Below, one piece after another: positions 38,259 through 50,694 of a stretch of DNA of 64,000 nucleotides. A program made the translations under genes and the position numbers. The stretch is from contig OZ024741.1 of the NCBI GenBank assembly GCA_964016885.1, positions 129,146,001-129,210,000 of the forward strand, written 5' to 3'. Numbering within the stretch: the first letter of the stretch is position 1; each line of letters starts with the position of its first letter. Source of the stretch: Eledone cirrhosa (lineage: Eukaryota). The notes beneath the pieces are model-generated. The model was not told the DNA's origin. It saw only the letters and a list, made by a program, of their open reading frames with translations, and made no database searches.

Positions 38259-38887
38259 GACCAAAATAAATTGTGTCTTTAATTTAGATAGCTTTGTCTT
38301 TCACTCTGCCATGCTGCATCTCCCTGAGAAATACAGTATGGGTACATATGCCTGTGAAATGCACTGCCATTTACACATTAATTTCCCAAGCAGGGTTGTC
38401 ATTGTTCAAATAACTGGATCAGAACTGGTGGAGTACCCACCAACAGCAAGCGCTGTAACTAAATTGCAGTTTGGTGCTCTATTGATTCTGCCATAATTAG
38501 ATTTGATAATCTTCTCTTTTCCACACTGTAAATGTGGTTGGCATTACGAAGGACATCCAGCCATAGAAACTTAGCCAGGAACAGTTGTGTGTGAGTAAAA
38601 TATGGTCATCTGACCTGACCTGTCTCACAATGGTACAACTCGTCTAACCCATGCTAGCATGGAAAAATGGACATTAAACAGTGATGATAATCCACCTCTT
38701 ACCATTCCTAGCTCCTCCTCATCTCAACTTCCCTACCTACCTAGCTACTCTACCCAGCCCACCATCCTGTCTGTCTGTCTGTCAGGTTTATTTTTGGGTA
38801 GCTTCCTGTGAGCTATTCTGTCACAATAATTACAGGTTATAGAGATATTAGACTCTTATGCAGCGTGTCATCTTAACAGGATTATTT

Positions 38888-39715
38888 TATTGTTGTTGTT
38901 TTTGTTATTCATGTTGTTCTTCTTGATGTTGTTGGTGATATTGGTGTTGTTGGTTTTATTGTTGGTGTTATTGGTATTGTTGTTGTTGCTGCTGCTGTTG
39001 TTGGTATTTTTGTTGTTGTTGTTGCTGTTGTTGGTATTATTGGTGTTGTTGGTATTATTGGTGTTGTTGGTATTGCTGTTGTTGGTATTGCTGTTGTTGG
39101 TATTGTTGTTGTTGGTATTGTTGTTGTTGGTATTGTTGTTGTTGGTATTGTTGTTGTTGGTATTATTGTTGCTGTTATTGGTATTGTTGTTGTTGTTGTT
39201 GCTGTTGTTGGTTTTATTGGTGTTGATGGTATTGCTGTTGTTGTTGGTATTGTTGTTATTGTTGTTGCTGTTGCTCTTGTGTTGACGTTCTTAATGTTGT
39301 GTGATTGTTGCTAATCATAATCATTATCTTTACGGTCACCTTCATATTCATAATTAACAGGATCATCATCATCACCATCACCACAATGATCATGATCATC
39401 ATTATGATCATCATTAATATCTTTCATGTTGTTATTTCATTTCACCTTGGTTGTAGAAAAGGCATAGACACTCTTGTAACCATTCTCTCTCTTACTAAAA
39501 TCTGTTGTTCTTATGTGAATGTCTATTCTTGGATGTAATGACAATTTTTATCATAATTATCTGTCAACATCATCATTATCACCATCACCACCTTCATTAT
39601 CACCATCACTATTATCACCATCACTATTATCACCATCATCATTATCACCACCTTCATTATCACCACCATCATTATTACTATCATCATTATCACTATCATC
39701 CTTCTCATTACAATC
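38888..39715. repeat. (GTT)n then (CAT)n degenerate trinucleotide tracts
   Basis: Source of the poly-L and poly-H pseudo-ORFs. Confidence 0.9.
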
Positions 39716-39997
39716 AGCATCATACTTTTTTTCTTAGGAAGGGAAAACCCCATGACCCTTTTCATACTGTTGGGAGGGAGAAAGATCTTGTTCAAATGCT
39801 TTTAAATGAATGGTCTCTGCTAAAAGTACACAAGGGCCAACATGATGGTGTTAAACTGGGCAATAGATTAAGTCTAGCATGCATCTAAATATCAAGTTAA
39901 TAAATTTCTCAGCCTTTTGATCTTGTTTAGAAAACTGGGTCAGATTTTGGATGGGCCAAGAAAGAAAGCTGCTGCTTCAAACTTTATCCAGTTTAAG

Positions 39998-41232
39998 ACT
40001 ATACAATTATTGGGGTTTGGAAAGTTATACAATTATTGGGGTTTGGAAAGTTATACAATTATTGGGGAGGTTGGAAAGTTATACAATTATTGGGGTTTGG
40101 AAAGTTATACAATTATTGGGGAGGTTCGAAAGTTATACAATTATTGGGGTTTGGAAAGTTATACAATTATTGGGGTTTGGAAAGTTATACAATTATTGGG
40201 GTTTGGAAAGTTATACAATTATTGGGGCTTGGAAAGTTATACAATTATTGGGGCTTGGAAAGTTATACAATTATTGTGGCTTGGAAAGTTATACAATTAT
40301 TGGGGCTTGGAAAGTTATACAATTATTGGGGCTTGGAAAGTTATACAATTATTGGGGCTTGGAAAGTTATACAATTATTGGGGTTTGGAAAGTTATACAA
40401 TTATTGGGGCTTGGAAAGTTATACAATTATTGGGGTTTGGAAAGTTATACAATTATTGGGGTTTGGAAAGTTATACAATTATTGGGGTTTGGAAAGTTAT
40501 ACAATTATTGGGGCTTGGAAAGTTATACAATTATTGGGGCTTGGAAAGTTATACAATTATTGGGGTTTGGAAAGTTATACAATTATTGGGGTTTGGAAAG
40601 TTATACAATTATTGGGGTTTGGAAAGTTATACAATTATTGGGGTTTGGAAAGTTATACAATTATTGGGGTTTGGAAAGTTATACAATTATTGGGGTTTGG
40701 AAAGTTATACAATTATTGGGGTTTAGAAAGTTATACAATTATTGGGGCTTGGAAAGTTATACAATTATTGGGGTTTAGAAAGTTATACAATTATTGGGGC
40801 TTGGAAAGTTATACAATTATTGGGGTTTGGAAAGTTATACAATTATTGGGGTTTGGAAAGTTATACAATTATTGGGGTTTGGAAAGTTATACAATTATTG
40901 GGGTTTGGAAAGTTATACAATTATTGGGGTTTAGAAAGTTATACAATTATTGGGGTTTGGAAAGTTATACAATTATTGGGGAGGTTGGAAAGTTATACAA
41001 TTATTGGGGTTTGGAAAGTTATACAATTATTGGGGCTTGGAAAGTTATACAATTATTGGGGAGGTTGGAAAGTTATACAATTATTGGGGCTTGGAAAGTT
41101 ATACAATTATTGGGGTTTGTAAAGTTATACAATTATTGGGGTTTGGAAAGTTATACAATTATTGGGGTTTGGAAAGTTATACAATTATTGGGGAGGTTGG
41201 AAAGTTATACAATTATTGGGGCTTGGAAAGCA
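39998..41232. repeat. 26-bp minisatellite, about 47 units with 28-bp variants
   Basis: Unit GGAAAGTTATACAATTATTGGGGTTT, directly abutting. Confidence 0.97.
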
Positions 41233-41284
41233 ATACAAAACTTGCTCAAATTAAAATGGTGCTCAGGGGAAAAATTATGAGTTG

Positions 41285-42090
41285 ACAGTAGTGGTAATTG
41301 TTGTTGGTAGTGGTATATGATATAATGGTATGTGCTATATAAGTTGGCGGTGGTAGTTGAATGGTAGTATGTGATATAAGTTAGTGGTGACAGTAGTGCT
41401 AGTTAGTGTTGTTGGAAGGGGTATATGATATAGGTTAGTGGTAGTAGTGGTATAATGGTATGTGATATATAAGTTGGAGGTGGTGGTGGTAGTTGAATGG
41501 TAGTATGTGATATAAGTTAGTGGTGACAGTAGTGGTAGTTAGTGTTGTTGGAAGGGGTATATGATATAGGTTAGTGGCAGTAGTGCCATACCACCACCAG
41601 TATGGTATATAATACAGGTTAGTTGTGGTATGATGACAGTGGTGTTGTTAGAAGTGATTTGGTAGTAGTGGTGGTGGTCACAGCAGGTAATATGTTAGTG
41701 GTGGTATGGTGACAGTAGGGTTGATGGTAGTGGTGGTGTTAGTGATATTGTGGTATAGGTCAGTGGTAATGGTGTTATTAGTGTTGTGTGATATAAGTTA
41801 GTGGTAGTAGTGATGATATGGTGGTATAGGTAAGTGATAGGGTGGTGGTATATAGGTAAGTGGCAGTGATGGTGGTATAGTGGTATAGGTTAGTGATTGT
41901 GATGGTGGTATGGTTGTATAGGTTAGTGGTAATGATGGTGTTATGGTGGTATAAGTTAGTGGTAGTGATGATGATGGTATGGTTGTATATATAGGCTAGT
42001 GGTAGTGGTGTTGTTGGAAGTAATGTGATATAGGCTAGTGGTAATGGTGTTGATGGAAGTAATATGTAATATAGGTGGTGGCAGTGATGT
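41285..42090. repeat. GGT/AGT-rich degenerate tandem repeat
   Basis: Recurrent gatataggttagtgg and ggtagt motifs. Confidence 0.8.
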
Positions 42091-42254
42091 TGGCTCAATT
42101 TTCCACACTTGACTTAAATTCTGCAATCTTGTTAGTTTAGATAGAATTTGTGATTAGACAGATTAAAGGATTTCAAATAATATCAACAGGGTGTGTATAT
42201 ATATATCGATATATATATATATAGATATAGAGAGAGTTCCTCAAATCTCAGTTC

Positions 42255-42990
42255 GAATTTTGAGTGCGTAGAAACACTGATGAAACAACCAGATTCATTA
42301 GAAACTGAAAACTTTAAAAGAAAATCTACCAGCTTGATCTCATTAGATATAAAGGGAGCTTATGATAACACAGTTCATAATGCTATAGTAAAATAATTGT
42401 ATCAATTTGAAATTCTGAACTGTCTTTGCAACTGGATTGAAAGCTTTCTCACTAATCGTAGTACAAGACTAATTCTTGGAAATGAGAATGGTGAAATTAT
42501 TTACCTTCTAGAGGGCCTCCCACAGGGTTCTCCAGTCTCATCCATCTCTAAATAAAATTGTGGAAGTATTAGGTTTTGCTGATGATAACAATTTATGTAC
42601 TTCATCTAGTTTCATCAACAATAATAAACACTAATTATGCACAGTCCTATCAACTGCAACTGAATGGGCAAAAGAAAATGGTCAACAATTTGATCCCTTT
42701 AAAACAATTGATTCACTTCCATCATCTTGAACATATCAATGTGATGAAATATATTTAATGAACCTACTAGTGGCACTGCAAAAATTCATAAAGATCCTCG
42801 GTATTTGGTTACAGATAGACTTGAAATGGAAAACTCATCTCTAGCACTCACTGAAAAAAAATAACCTTAATAGGTGATTAAAATTATTTCAAAGACATTC
42901 CACTGTCTAACATATAAACACTTGAGTTTGTATAATAAGCGAGTCATCAATGCTCTGTTGTATGGCAGCTGGGTTTGTTGGGGACACAAG
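42255..42990 (+). mobile_element. Decayed non-LTR retrotransposon RT, not RTE (clade uncertain)
   Basis: SLDIKGAYDNTVH, WIESFLTNR, GLPQGSPVS, FADD and LGIW motifs with stops and frameshifts. Confidence 0.75.
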
Positions 42991-43623
42991 CACTAGCTAT
43001 CTTCAAGAGCGGCCCGTTTCGCCCGTTCCGAGTTCGAGAGTAGATCGAGGCTGTCAACGTCCCCGGGGCCTCCAGTCGTTCGCTTTATTCATACTCAAAT
43101 TGGCAAAACTATATTGGGGCATCTAGCTATATTCCATGAAACAAGGTCTTTCAAAAACTATAATAGACACCTCTACTTTGTTTTCTCTACTGCTATTCCT
43201 TGAATCTTATCTGTTTTTTCTCTATTTCTGTTGAAGCACTAGCCTCTGATACATTGAACTTTTCTTTTTCTTTCAAGCATGACACTAATAAGACTATTGT
43301 TATTGTATTTTTTTTAATTTAAACAATATTTTTCACACTGATGCGGCATTCTTTGTATTCCAAAGATATATATATATATATATCAGCAACACCATCATAC
43401 TGGTATGGGTTAGACGGGACTTTTTGAAGCAATATTTTGCAGCCGGATAACCTTCCTGGACACCAGCATTTCAGTCCTTTTTAAAGCATGTGGGAATACA
43501 GTGTACCTATTCCAAACCAGATACATGCATATCAATTTGGAAGCTGGGCAATTTTTCTTTTGTTATATATTTCATATATTTTTATGTATTTATTTTCTCA
43601 ATTTATATTTATTTCAACCTCAG

Positions 43624-43873
43624 GATGAACTTGATCTCCGTGTCAAGGCTACTCGGCTTACTGCTGAGCAACTGCACAAATCCCAAGCTGAGTTGATGAA
43701 GGCATCTCTGGAGGAGAAAAAACAGAATGAGTTAGCGGAACTGCGCGATATTTTGGCACGGTACCGCAATGAAGAAATTGACCGACGTGAGGGCGAGTGG
43801 ACATCACTTTTGGAGAAGCTCCGTCGACAGTACAATTACCAGCTGGAGATTGGTCAGGAACCAGCTCCAAAAG
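43624..43873 (+). CDS. PCNT: Internal coding exon C, pericentrin-like segment (DELDLRVKATRLTAEQLHKSQAELMKASLEEKKQNELAELRDILARYRNEEI...)
   Basis: ttcaacctcag acceptor, AG|GTTTGT donor, 250 nt phase 0-1. The pattern A-x-RL-x5-H-x2-Q-x-EL-x2-A-x-L...L-x-ELR-x2-L matches my recollection of an N-terminal coiled-coil segment of vertebrate pericentrin; PCNT versus AKAP9 orthology not verified. Confidence 0.8.
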
Positions 43874-43897
43874 GTTTGTCTTTTAGTGCTTCTTTAA

Positions 43898-43955
<58 letters not shown>

Positions 43956-44134
43956 ATGCATGCATGCGTGTTCTTGCTGTACCAATGTGAGATCAAATAA
44001 GATGATTTTATACACTGCTTCCTATGTGTATAAATTGGGATATGGTGCAGACAAGGCTGTATGGAACTTGGCTTCACAACCACATAGTCAGGTCCATATC
44101 TACAGTGGGGCACCTGCTATAGCTCTGGTTTGAT

Positions 44135-44518
44135 CAATGCAATATATACCCTATCCCACTATCCCTACTCCACCCCCACTCCCACCAACACCACCCTTTC
44201 TCTGTAAAGTTATGTTGGTACCACAACATCCAGTCCAAAATAAATGAGGTCGTGTCGGTATCACAACAAAAAGACACACAGTCCACGCTGTAATGTGGCC
44301 ATGTAGGTAACACAGTAAAAACCTCCCAGTCCACACTGTAAACGCGGTTGGTGTTAGGAAGGGCATCCAGCCGTAGAAAACCTACCAGACAGTCCTATAC
44401 GAGCGAGACATGGTCACCCGACCAATCTTGCTTCAAGTAGGACAATTCCAGCCTAAACCCATGCTAGCGTGGAAGATAGATGTTAAACGATGATGACGAT
44501 GATGATGATGATGATGAT
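44135..44518 (+). mobile_element. RTE LINE subfamily A-like 3' UTR
   Basis: Colinear with 62640-62970, including GGTTGGTGTTAGGAAGGGCATCCAGCCGTAGAAA and the tail. Confidence 0.85.
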
Positions 44519-45074
44519 TGTGAGTAAAATATGGCTGTGTGGTTATGTTTGTTTCTCAACCATATGGTGTTGGGTATGATCCCACTGGAGCATTTTGGGA
44601 AAATGTTTTGACTACTACCTTGTACTAAGGGCTGATCAGTGTTTTGTGAGAGAAATATGTTAGACAGAAACTGTGCAGAAGCCTTTTGTGTGTGCGAGTT
44701 TGTTTCCATGTATGCCTTCATGAAACATAAACAACTGATGTTATTTCATAGTTGAGTAATTTGCTGAGTAAAGACCAGTAGAATATGTACTATCTTTAAT
44801 CCTTTTATTATCATATTTCCAATCAAAAATACTTCCAATTATTTTCAAATCATTTTGAAAAACGAAACATAAAGATCCTTACATAAAATTATGATGGAAT
44901 ATTTTTAGATAAATATTAACCAATCAATCATGTTCCTGCAAATGGTGCAGCCAATCATTAGGGTGCCACTTTAGATGCTTTCATAGTCAGCTGTCACCAC
45001 TGATCTCTATTCTCTGTCATATTTTGAAGGATCTCAGTGTTGGGACCAGTTCAGTCTTTGATGTTGTTTCTTAA

Positions 45075-45295
45075 CCCCTTAGCATTTAAACTGGCTGTAT
45101 CCAGCCAGAATTCTCTCACCTCTTTTTGTACAAACTGGCCGTAACTGGCTGCTCATACTTATGTTAAGGTATTGTTCTCAAAATAAATAATATCAAAATC
45201 TCATAGACACAACATTATATGAGAAAATTATCTAAGGTAAAGCCTTTACCATGAAAATAAAATAGTAAATATAAAATAATGTAAATGCTAAAGAG
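45075..45295. mobile_element. TTAA-flanked (piggyBac-type) MITE
   Basis: TTAA|CCCCTTAGCATTTA ... TAAATGCTAAAGAG|TTAA. Confidence 0.75.
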
Positions 45296-45686
45296 TTAAA
45301 TGCCATAATAGATGAACTGGTAAATATAAATGTTAAAATAAACAGTTTTGTAGCAAAGAACCAGGGGCAGTTTCAGGCAGGTTATCAAAGGGGTAGAAAA
45401 GAAAATAAGGAATGACATCCAACCATAGAATACTGCCTTAAAAATATCTCGTTCAATCTGTGCCAGCATGAAAAAGCAGATGTAAAAATGCTGCTGCTGA
45501 TGAAATCAATGTCATGAAAAAACCTGGAAGTGTTTAATGGACTAAGTGTAACTGAGGGTGGGTAGTGGGGTGGATATATCGAGCTGGTGTTGGAAGTGTA
45601 ACTTATAAAAGATAAATCTTTCATCATTGTCATTTAAAGTCCATTCTCCATGCTAGCAAGTGGTCATGGACCAAGTCAGTGTTTAA

Positions 45687-45907
45687 CCCTTTAGTATTTA
45701 CATTACTCTATATTTACTATTATGTTTTCATGGTAAACGCTTTATCTTACATAATTATCTCTCATAATATTGAATATATGAGATTTTGATATTATTTATT
45801 TTGAGAACACTTCCTTAACATAAGTATGAGTGGCCGGTTACAGCCGGTTTGAAGAGAAAGAGTTGAGAGAATTCTGGCTGGATATGGCTGGTTTAAATGA
45901 TAAAGAG
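45687..45907. mobile_element. Second copy of the same TTAA MITE, inverted
   Basis: TTAA|CCCTTTAGTATTTA ... TAAATGATAAAGAG|TTAA; interior is the reverse complement of the 45075 copy. Confidence 0.75.
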
Positions 45908-46636
45908 TTAATAATCAGAGCTGCTGACATCTCAGATGGGATGGGGGTTGGGAGTTGCATCATTCTTGCTGATGTTCTCATACTCTACAGAGTGTGTCAG
46001 GTGTATTTTATCATGGCACCAGTACTAGGGACGTTGTCATGTCTTTGACAAAGCTGAAGAGTTCTCTCAACCCTTTGTTTGGCAAATTTTCTATGGCTAG
46101 ATGCTCTTCCTGTCACCAACCACTTTACAGAGTGTACTAGGTGTTTGTTATTAATATCGACCATGGTTATGACTAGATAGATGGTGAATGGCAGCATTGG
46201 TAGAGCGTCGGACAACATGCTCTGTGGCATATTTTTGCGTTCATTTATGTTTAGAGGTCAGTTCCTGCCAAGATTAGCTTTGCCTTTCATTCTTATATGG
46301 TTATAATAATGTACCAGTAATGCACTGGACTCAATTTAATTGACTTTCCATTATCATTACTAGATTGTCATCTGCAATAGGTTGTCTTAACTGGATTGAT
46401 ATTTGAAAAAGTTAAAATAATGTTCTAATTATCTTTACATATGATTACATTTTATTTTTCTACATTAGTAGAGTCATATTTTTGCTTTCCCAAAGCATAT
46501 GCACTATTGTTTGTTTGGTCACTTCTGTTTTTGAACCATTGTGTGTTTTGTTCAAAATCACTAGTGCTACACTTGTAACCCATTAGTTTAATGTCATACT
46601 CACTATAGTCTCCATCTCTTTATCTCTTTTATACAG

Positions 46637-46719
46637 GTGCTGTCGGTACACTGGAGGGTGCCACCCTTGTTACAGAGCTCACCAAACGACTGAACGATGA
46701 ACACAAGAAATTAATAGAG
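46637..46719 (+). CDS. Internal coding exon D (GAVGTLEGATLVTELTKRLNDEHKKLIE)
   Basis: tctctttatctcttttatacag acceptor, GAG|GTAAAA donor, 83 nt phase 1-0, exactly completes the phase-1 end of exon C. Confidence 0.85.
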
Positions 46720-46904
46720 GTAAAAAAACAACAAAATACAAAAACAAAACATTGTCAAAAACAATTGTTTTGTTTTTTATTTGGTTTTTCTTTGTGTTTA
46801 TTTGTCTTAAGTTGAGTTGGGGTGATTGAAGGGAGGGTTATTATTATTGTCATCATTGTCAATGGTGACATTGTTAACATTGTTGCTGATGAGTTTATGT
46901 TTGG

Positions 46905-47445
46905 ACTACCTTTCAGATTTCAGACTTTCCCAATGCTTTCTAAGTCAATTGCTGTTTACATGTCTAATTACAAGTTTAAGATCTTCTAAAAAGGTGGAAT
47001 TAGTGGCCAGTGGCTCTTTCGAATAGTGGTTATTGCACTCACCTGGATTCTGAGAAATGTGGGCTTTGATTCCTGACAGGTGCCTCAGTCTCTACATGTT
47101 ACTGTCTCCAGAGGAACTTTACTTGATATTCTAAACTATTATTTATACTGATCTACTCTTAGTTTATTATTATTATTTCTGCGTTGGGACATACACATTT
47201 CAAATTTCAAACTTTCCCAATGCTTCTTAAGTCGATTGCTGTTTACACTTCTAGCTACAAACTTAAAATCTTCTGAAAAGATGGAATTGGTGGCCAGTGG
47301 CTCTTTAGCATAGTGGTTAATGCACTCACCTGGCATCTGTGAGATATGAGATTCAATTCATCATAGGTACCTCTCTCCACATTTTCCCCTCTCCATAGGT
47401 ACTTTATTCAATTTTCTCAACTGTCATTTATAGTGATTAACTATT
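46905..47445 (+). repeat. Tandem dimer of a ~288-bp unit containing a tRNA-like segment
   Basis: ACTTTCCCAATGCT..GTGGCCAGTGGCTCTTT..TAGTGGTTA.TGCACTCACCTGG occurs twice. Confidence 0.8.
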
Positions 47446-47654
47446 ATTTTCATTTCTTTAGTTTAAGGCTTTTTATGTTTTAAATTCAAATCCCACCGAG
47501 TTTAGTTTTGCCTTTCATCCTTAAGTGTTTGTTAAAATAAAATACCAGTAATACACTAGAGTTGATATAATCAGACCCCCCCCCCCCCAACAAAAAATTG
47601 TTGACCTTGTGCCTATATCAAAAACTAAATGCTTGATAAGTGGTACTAGTTGGT

Positions 47655-48470
47655 TAGTGAAAGATTCAGTGAGTATGCTGGATGAGGCAGAATCTTGTAG
47701 CCCAATTTGTACTTCTGGAGCAATGGTTGTGCAATATGTGGTTGAGCATTGTCATGCAAGAGGATTGGACCTTTTCTATTGACCAATGCTGGATATATAT
47801 GCTGCAATTTTTATGAATTTCATTGATTTTGTCACAATACTTCTCTACTGTGATTGTTTCACTGCTGTAGTAGATTAATCCAGCTGCAGACCAACAAACA
47901 CTCAGCATAACTTTGTTTGAATGCAACTTATATTTTTAGAAGAGTTTAGGAGCTTCATCTCAGTTAAACCATTGTGCTAAATATTGTCAGTTGTTACATA
48001 GGATCCACATTTCATGGCACATAACAATGCAATCAAGAAATGGGTTGTTTTTCTTGCACAAAAGAAGCAAAGAGCAGACTTAATAATGGCAATTTTTCCC
48101 AGTTTTCATTCAATTTGCAAGGCATTCATTTTTTAAAACTTCTTTGACTTTCAAATTTGGTTTAAATGTTCAGAAATTGTTCTAATGCTTGCATCTAGTC
48201 CTGCAAGGTCTTGAACAATTGTGTGAGGATTTGTTTTCACTTCAATTCATCCTTATCAGCAGCAGAAGGACATCAGTGAGCCTCCTTATCTTCAAAGGGG
48301 AATTCACCGTGATGGAAACCAATGTTGCGCTGTACACTCCTTAAATACTTCCTGGGCTCCAAACTTCATTCACGGTTTCTAGCCATTTGTGCTACACTGC
48401 AGTTGAGTTTAAACCCATAGAAATATATTTGGCAAAAATCCTGTTATTACTTCAAAGATTCGAAAATTGA
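47655..48470 (-). mobile_element. Decayed mariner transposase
   Basis: KVMLSVCWSAAGLIYY, ETITVEKYC and LLHDNAQPH motifs, frameshifted. Confidence 0.75.
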
Positions 48471-48859
48471 CAAAAATACAATTTATGTTTAAATGGATTA
48501 CATAGAAAGAAATAGCATAGAATAAGCTTAAAAAGGACACATCTTTTTACTTACCTTGCATAGTTTTTATTTTTGAATTTGGTTTTTATTCTTCTGAGGT
48601 CTATGAAATAAAGTACTAGTAAAATACTAGGGTCGATATAATTAACTTTCCCTTCCCCACAATTGCTTTAAATAAATCATTATTATTATTTTATTATTTC
48701 GGTAGTCTCAGTTCAAATACCGCTGAGGTCAACTTTGCCTTTCACTTTTCTGAGCTTGATAAAATAAAGGTCAAGTCTTTGAGTTGATGTAATTGAATTT
48801 CTCCCACACCCAAAATTGCTGGCCTTGTGCCTAAATTAGAAACCATTATTATTTTATCG

Positions 48860-49042
48860 ATTGGCAGTATCGGTAGAGGGTCGGACGCCATGCTTTGACG
48901 CATAGAGTTACGGCTCTTGCCATTCTGAGTTCAAATCCCGTCGAGGTTCATTTTGCCTTTCATCCTTACGGGGTCGATAAAGTACCAGTAATACATTGGA
49001 TAATTGCTGGCCTTGTGCCAAAAGTAGAAACAATTATTATTT
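48860..49042 (+). mobile_element. SINE family B copy (older copies at 48590-48850)
   Basis: Head TTGGCAGTATCGGTAGAG, B box, Nin-like domain, ATT tail. Confidence 0.88.
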
Positions 49043-49983
49043 TATCATTTCAAATCATGTGTTCATTTTCGGCTTCTGTTTCTTAACATCTGATTAGCTG
49101 CTTTAGTTATAGCTGGTCAGTTATATTTTCTCATTATTCTCTTCTACCATTGTATTAATATTTTAATACATTTCTGTTTTTTTTTTAAAAATGTATTTTC
49201 AAATCTTATTACATTGTACTTCTTTAGTCGAAACAATGTCCAACTAACCACTGGCATGTGTAATAGTCATTTTGATTTTTTTCTCTTTTTGATTTCTTGC
49301 ACGTGTGCATGTGCATTTAAAAACATTTAATATTGACTAAGCATGCAAAACTTTACCAGCATCCAGCAATGACCTCCACCCCTTACAGTAATGTTTGAAG
49401 ACATTGAGAGGCACATACGATACCATTATAAAAGCCAAACAGCCATCTATCATGATGTGACTTCATGAAATACATTCATAATTCTTGACTGATGTGAAAT
49501 GATCAGCTAAGACTGACTGGCTGTAATTAAATGATCAACAAAGACCAACTAACTGACTATCTATGACTGGACACTCAAGACTGACTAGTTGGTTGTGACT
49601 GGACAATCGACACATCTGTGATAGGACAACCAAAACTGACTGGTTGATTGTGACTGGGTAGTTTACATGGACTGGCTGATCGAAATTGGTTGATAGAAAC
49701 TGATTAGGCACAAATGGCCATTTGAGATAAAGTGATTGGACAAGTTTAACCAATTGAGGCTTTGATCAAATCCATCTTGTGTCAGCCAAGTCTGGCCATT
49801 TCAAATCTACTGGCTGGCTGAAATTGGCCTGTTAGGACTGGCTGATATAGACTGGCTGATATAGACCAATTAAGATAGCTGAAATTTACCTAGTAAATAT
49901 TGTTAGCTAGGTGAATAAAAATCAATTGCCTAGTTGAGAATGGTTGCTTAACAAATAAGCCATTCATCTAGGATCATTTAAAT

Positions 49984-50310
49984 CAGCGGTCGCCAACCTT
50001 TTGAACCTCACAGATAACTAAATTCATAATTTTAAATCCCGCAGACCACTTATATGAATTTTAAAAGAAAGATAAATGCACTTGTAAAATAATGATCAGA
50101 GAACTTCCATGTGTCATATGATACACAGGTGTAAGATTATTTCAAGGATGTGAGTTCGTTACTGAGGAGAAACATTTTTTTAGTGGTGTTATAAAATATT
50201 TTTTAACTGAATATTATTTTTGTTTTATTATTAATAAAACATAAAAATTGCAAATAATGTCCAAATTTTTATGCGGAATTTTCTCTCAGACCACTGATTG
50301 GCGACCTCTG
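49984..50310. mobile_element. hAT (Charlie-like) MITE
   Basis: TIRs CAGCGGTCGCCAA / TTGGCGACCTCTG with an 8-bp TSD ATTTAAAT on both sides. Confidence 0.88.
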
Positions 50311-50565
50311 ATTTAAATAACCTAATTAATTGTCTCATTACTGACCAGTGACCAAGCCTCTTTGTCATGCTAGATCATACCATGCTATTGTATTGTATTA
50401 TGTTGTGTTGTGGGATTAACCAAATTGTCTGTGGCTATCATTGCTCATCTCTTGTGATTTATACATGTTCGGAAGTGATGAGCATGTAAGAATGATTGTT
50501 GAATGCAATTCAGAGCATGAAGAATTTATTTTTCTTTCTCCCCTCCTGTCGTCTAAATGATACAG

Positions 50566-50694
50566 GCGTTTGTAGGTATGGGAAAACCTTCTTTGGGACT
50601 CAAGTGGCTGGCCGTGTCTTCGGTCAACGAACCATGGATGAGTTCGTTTTTCGATATCATCGTCACCGACCAAGACGTGAACCACCTCAGGGAG
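50566..50694 (+). CDS. Internal coding exon E (phase-0 reading AFVGMGKPSLGLKWLAVSSVNEPWMSSFFDIIVTDQDVNHLRE; phase-1 frame also open)
   Basis: Pyrimidine tract then tacag acceptor, GAG|GTAAAT donor, 129 nt, GC-richer than flanks; reading frame ambiguous. Confidence 0.65.

Noticed and set aside
38890-39888. Poly-Leu membrane protein and poly-His protein
   Set aside because: Trinucleotide tracts without splice or start context
39917-41285. Long overlapping ORFs as real proteins
   Set aside because: Produced by the stop-free 26-bp minisatellite; no exon-like boundaries
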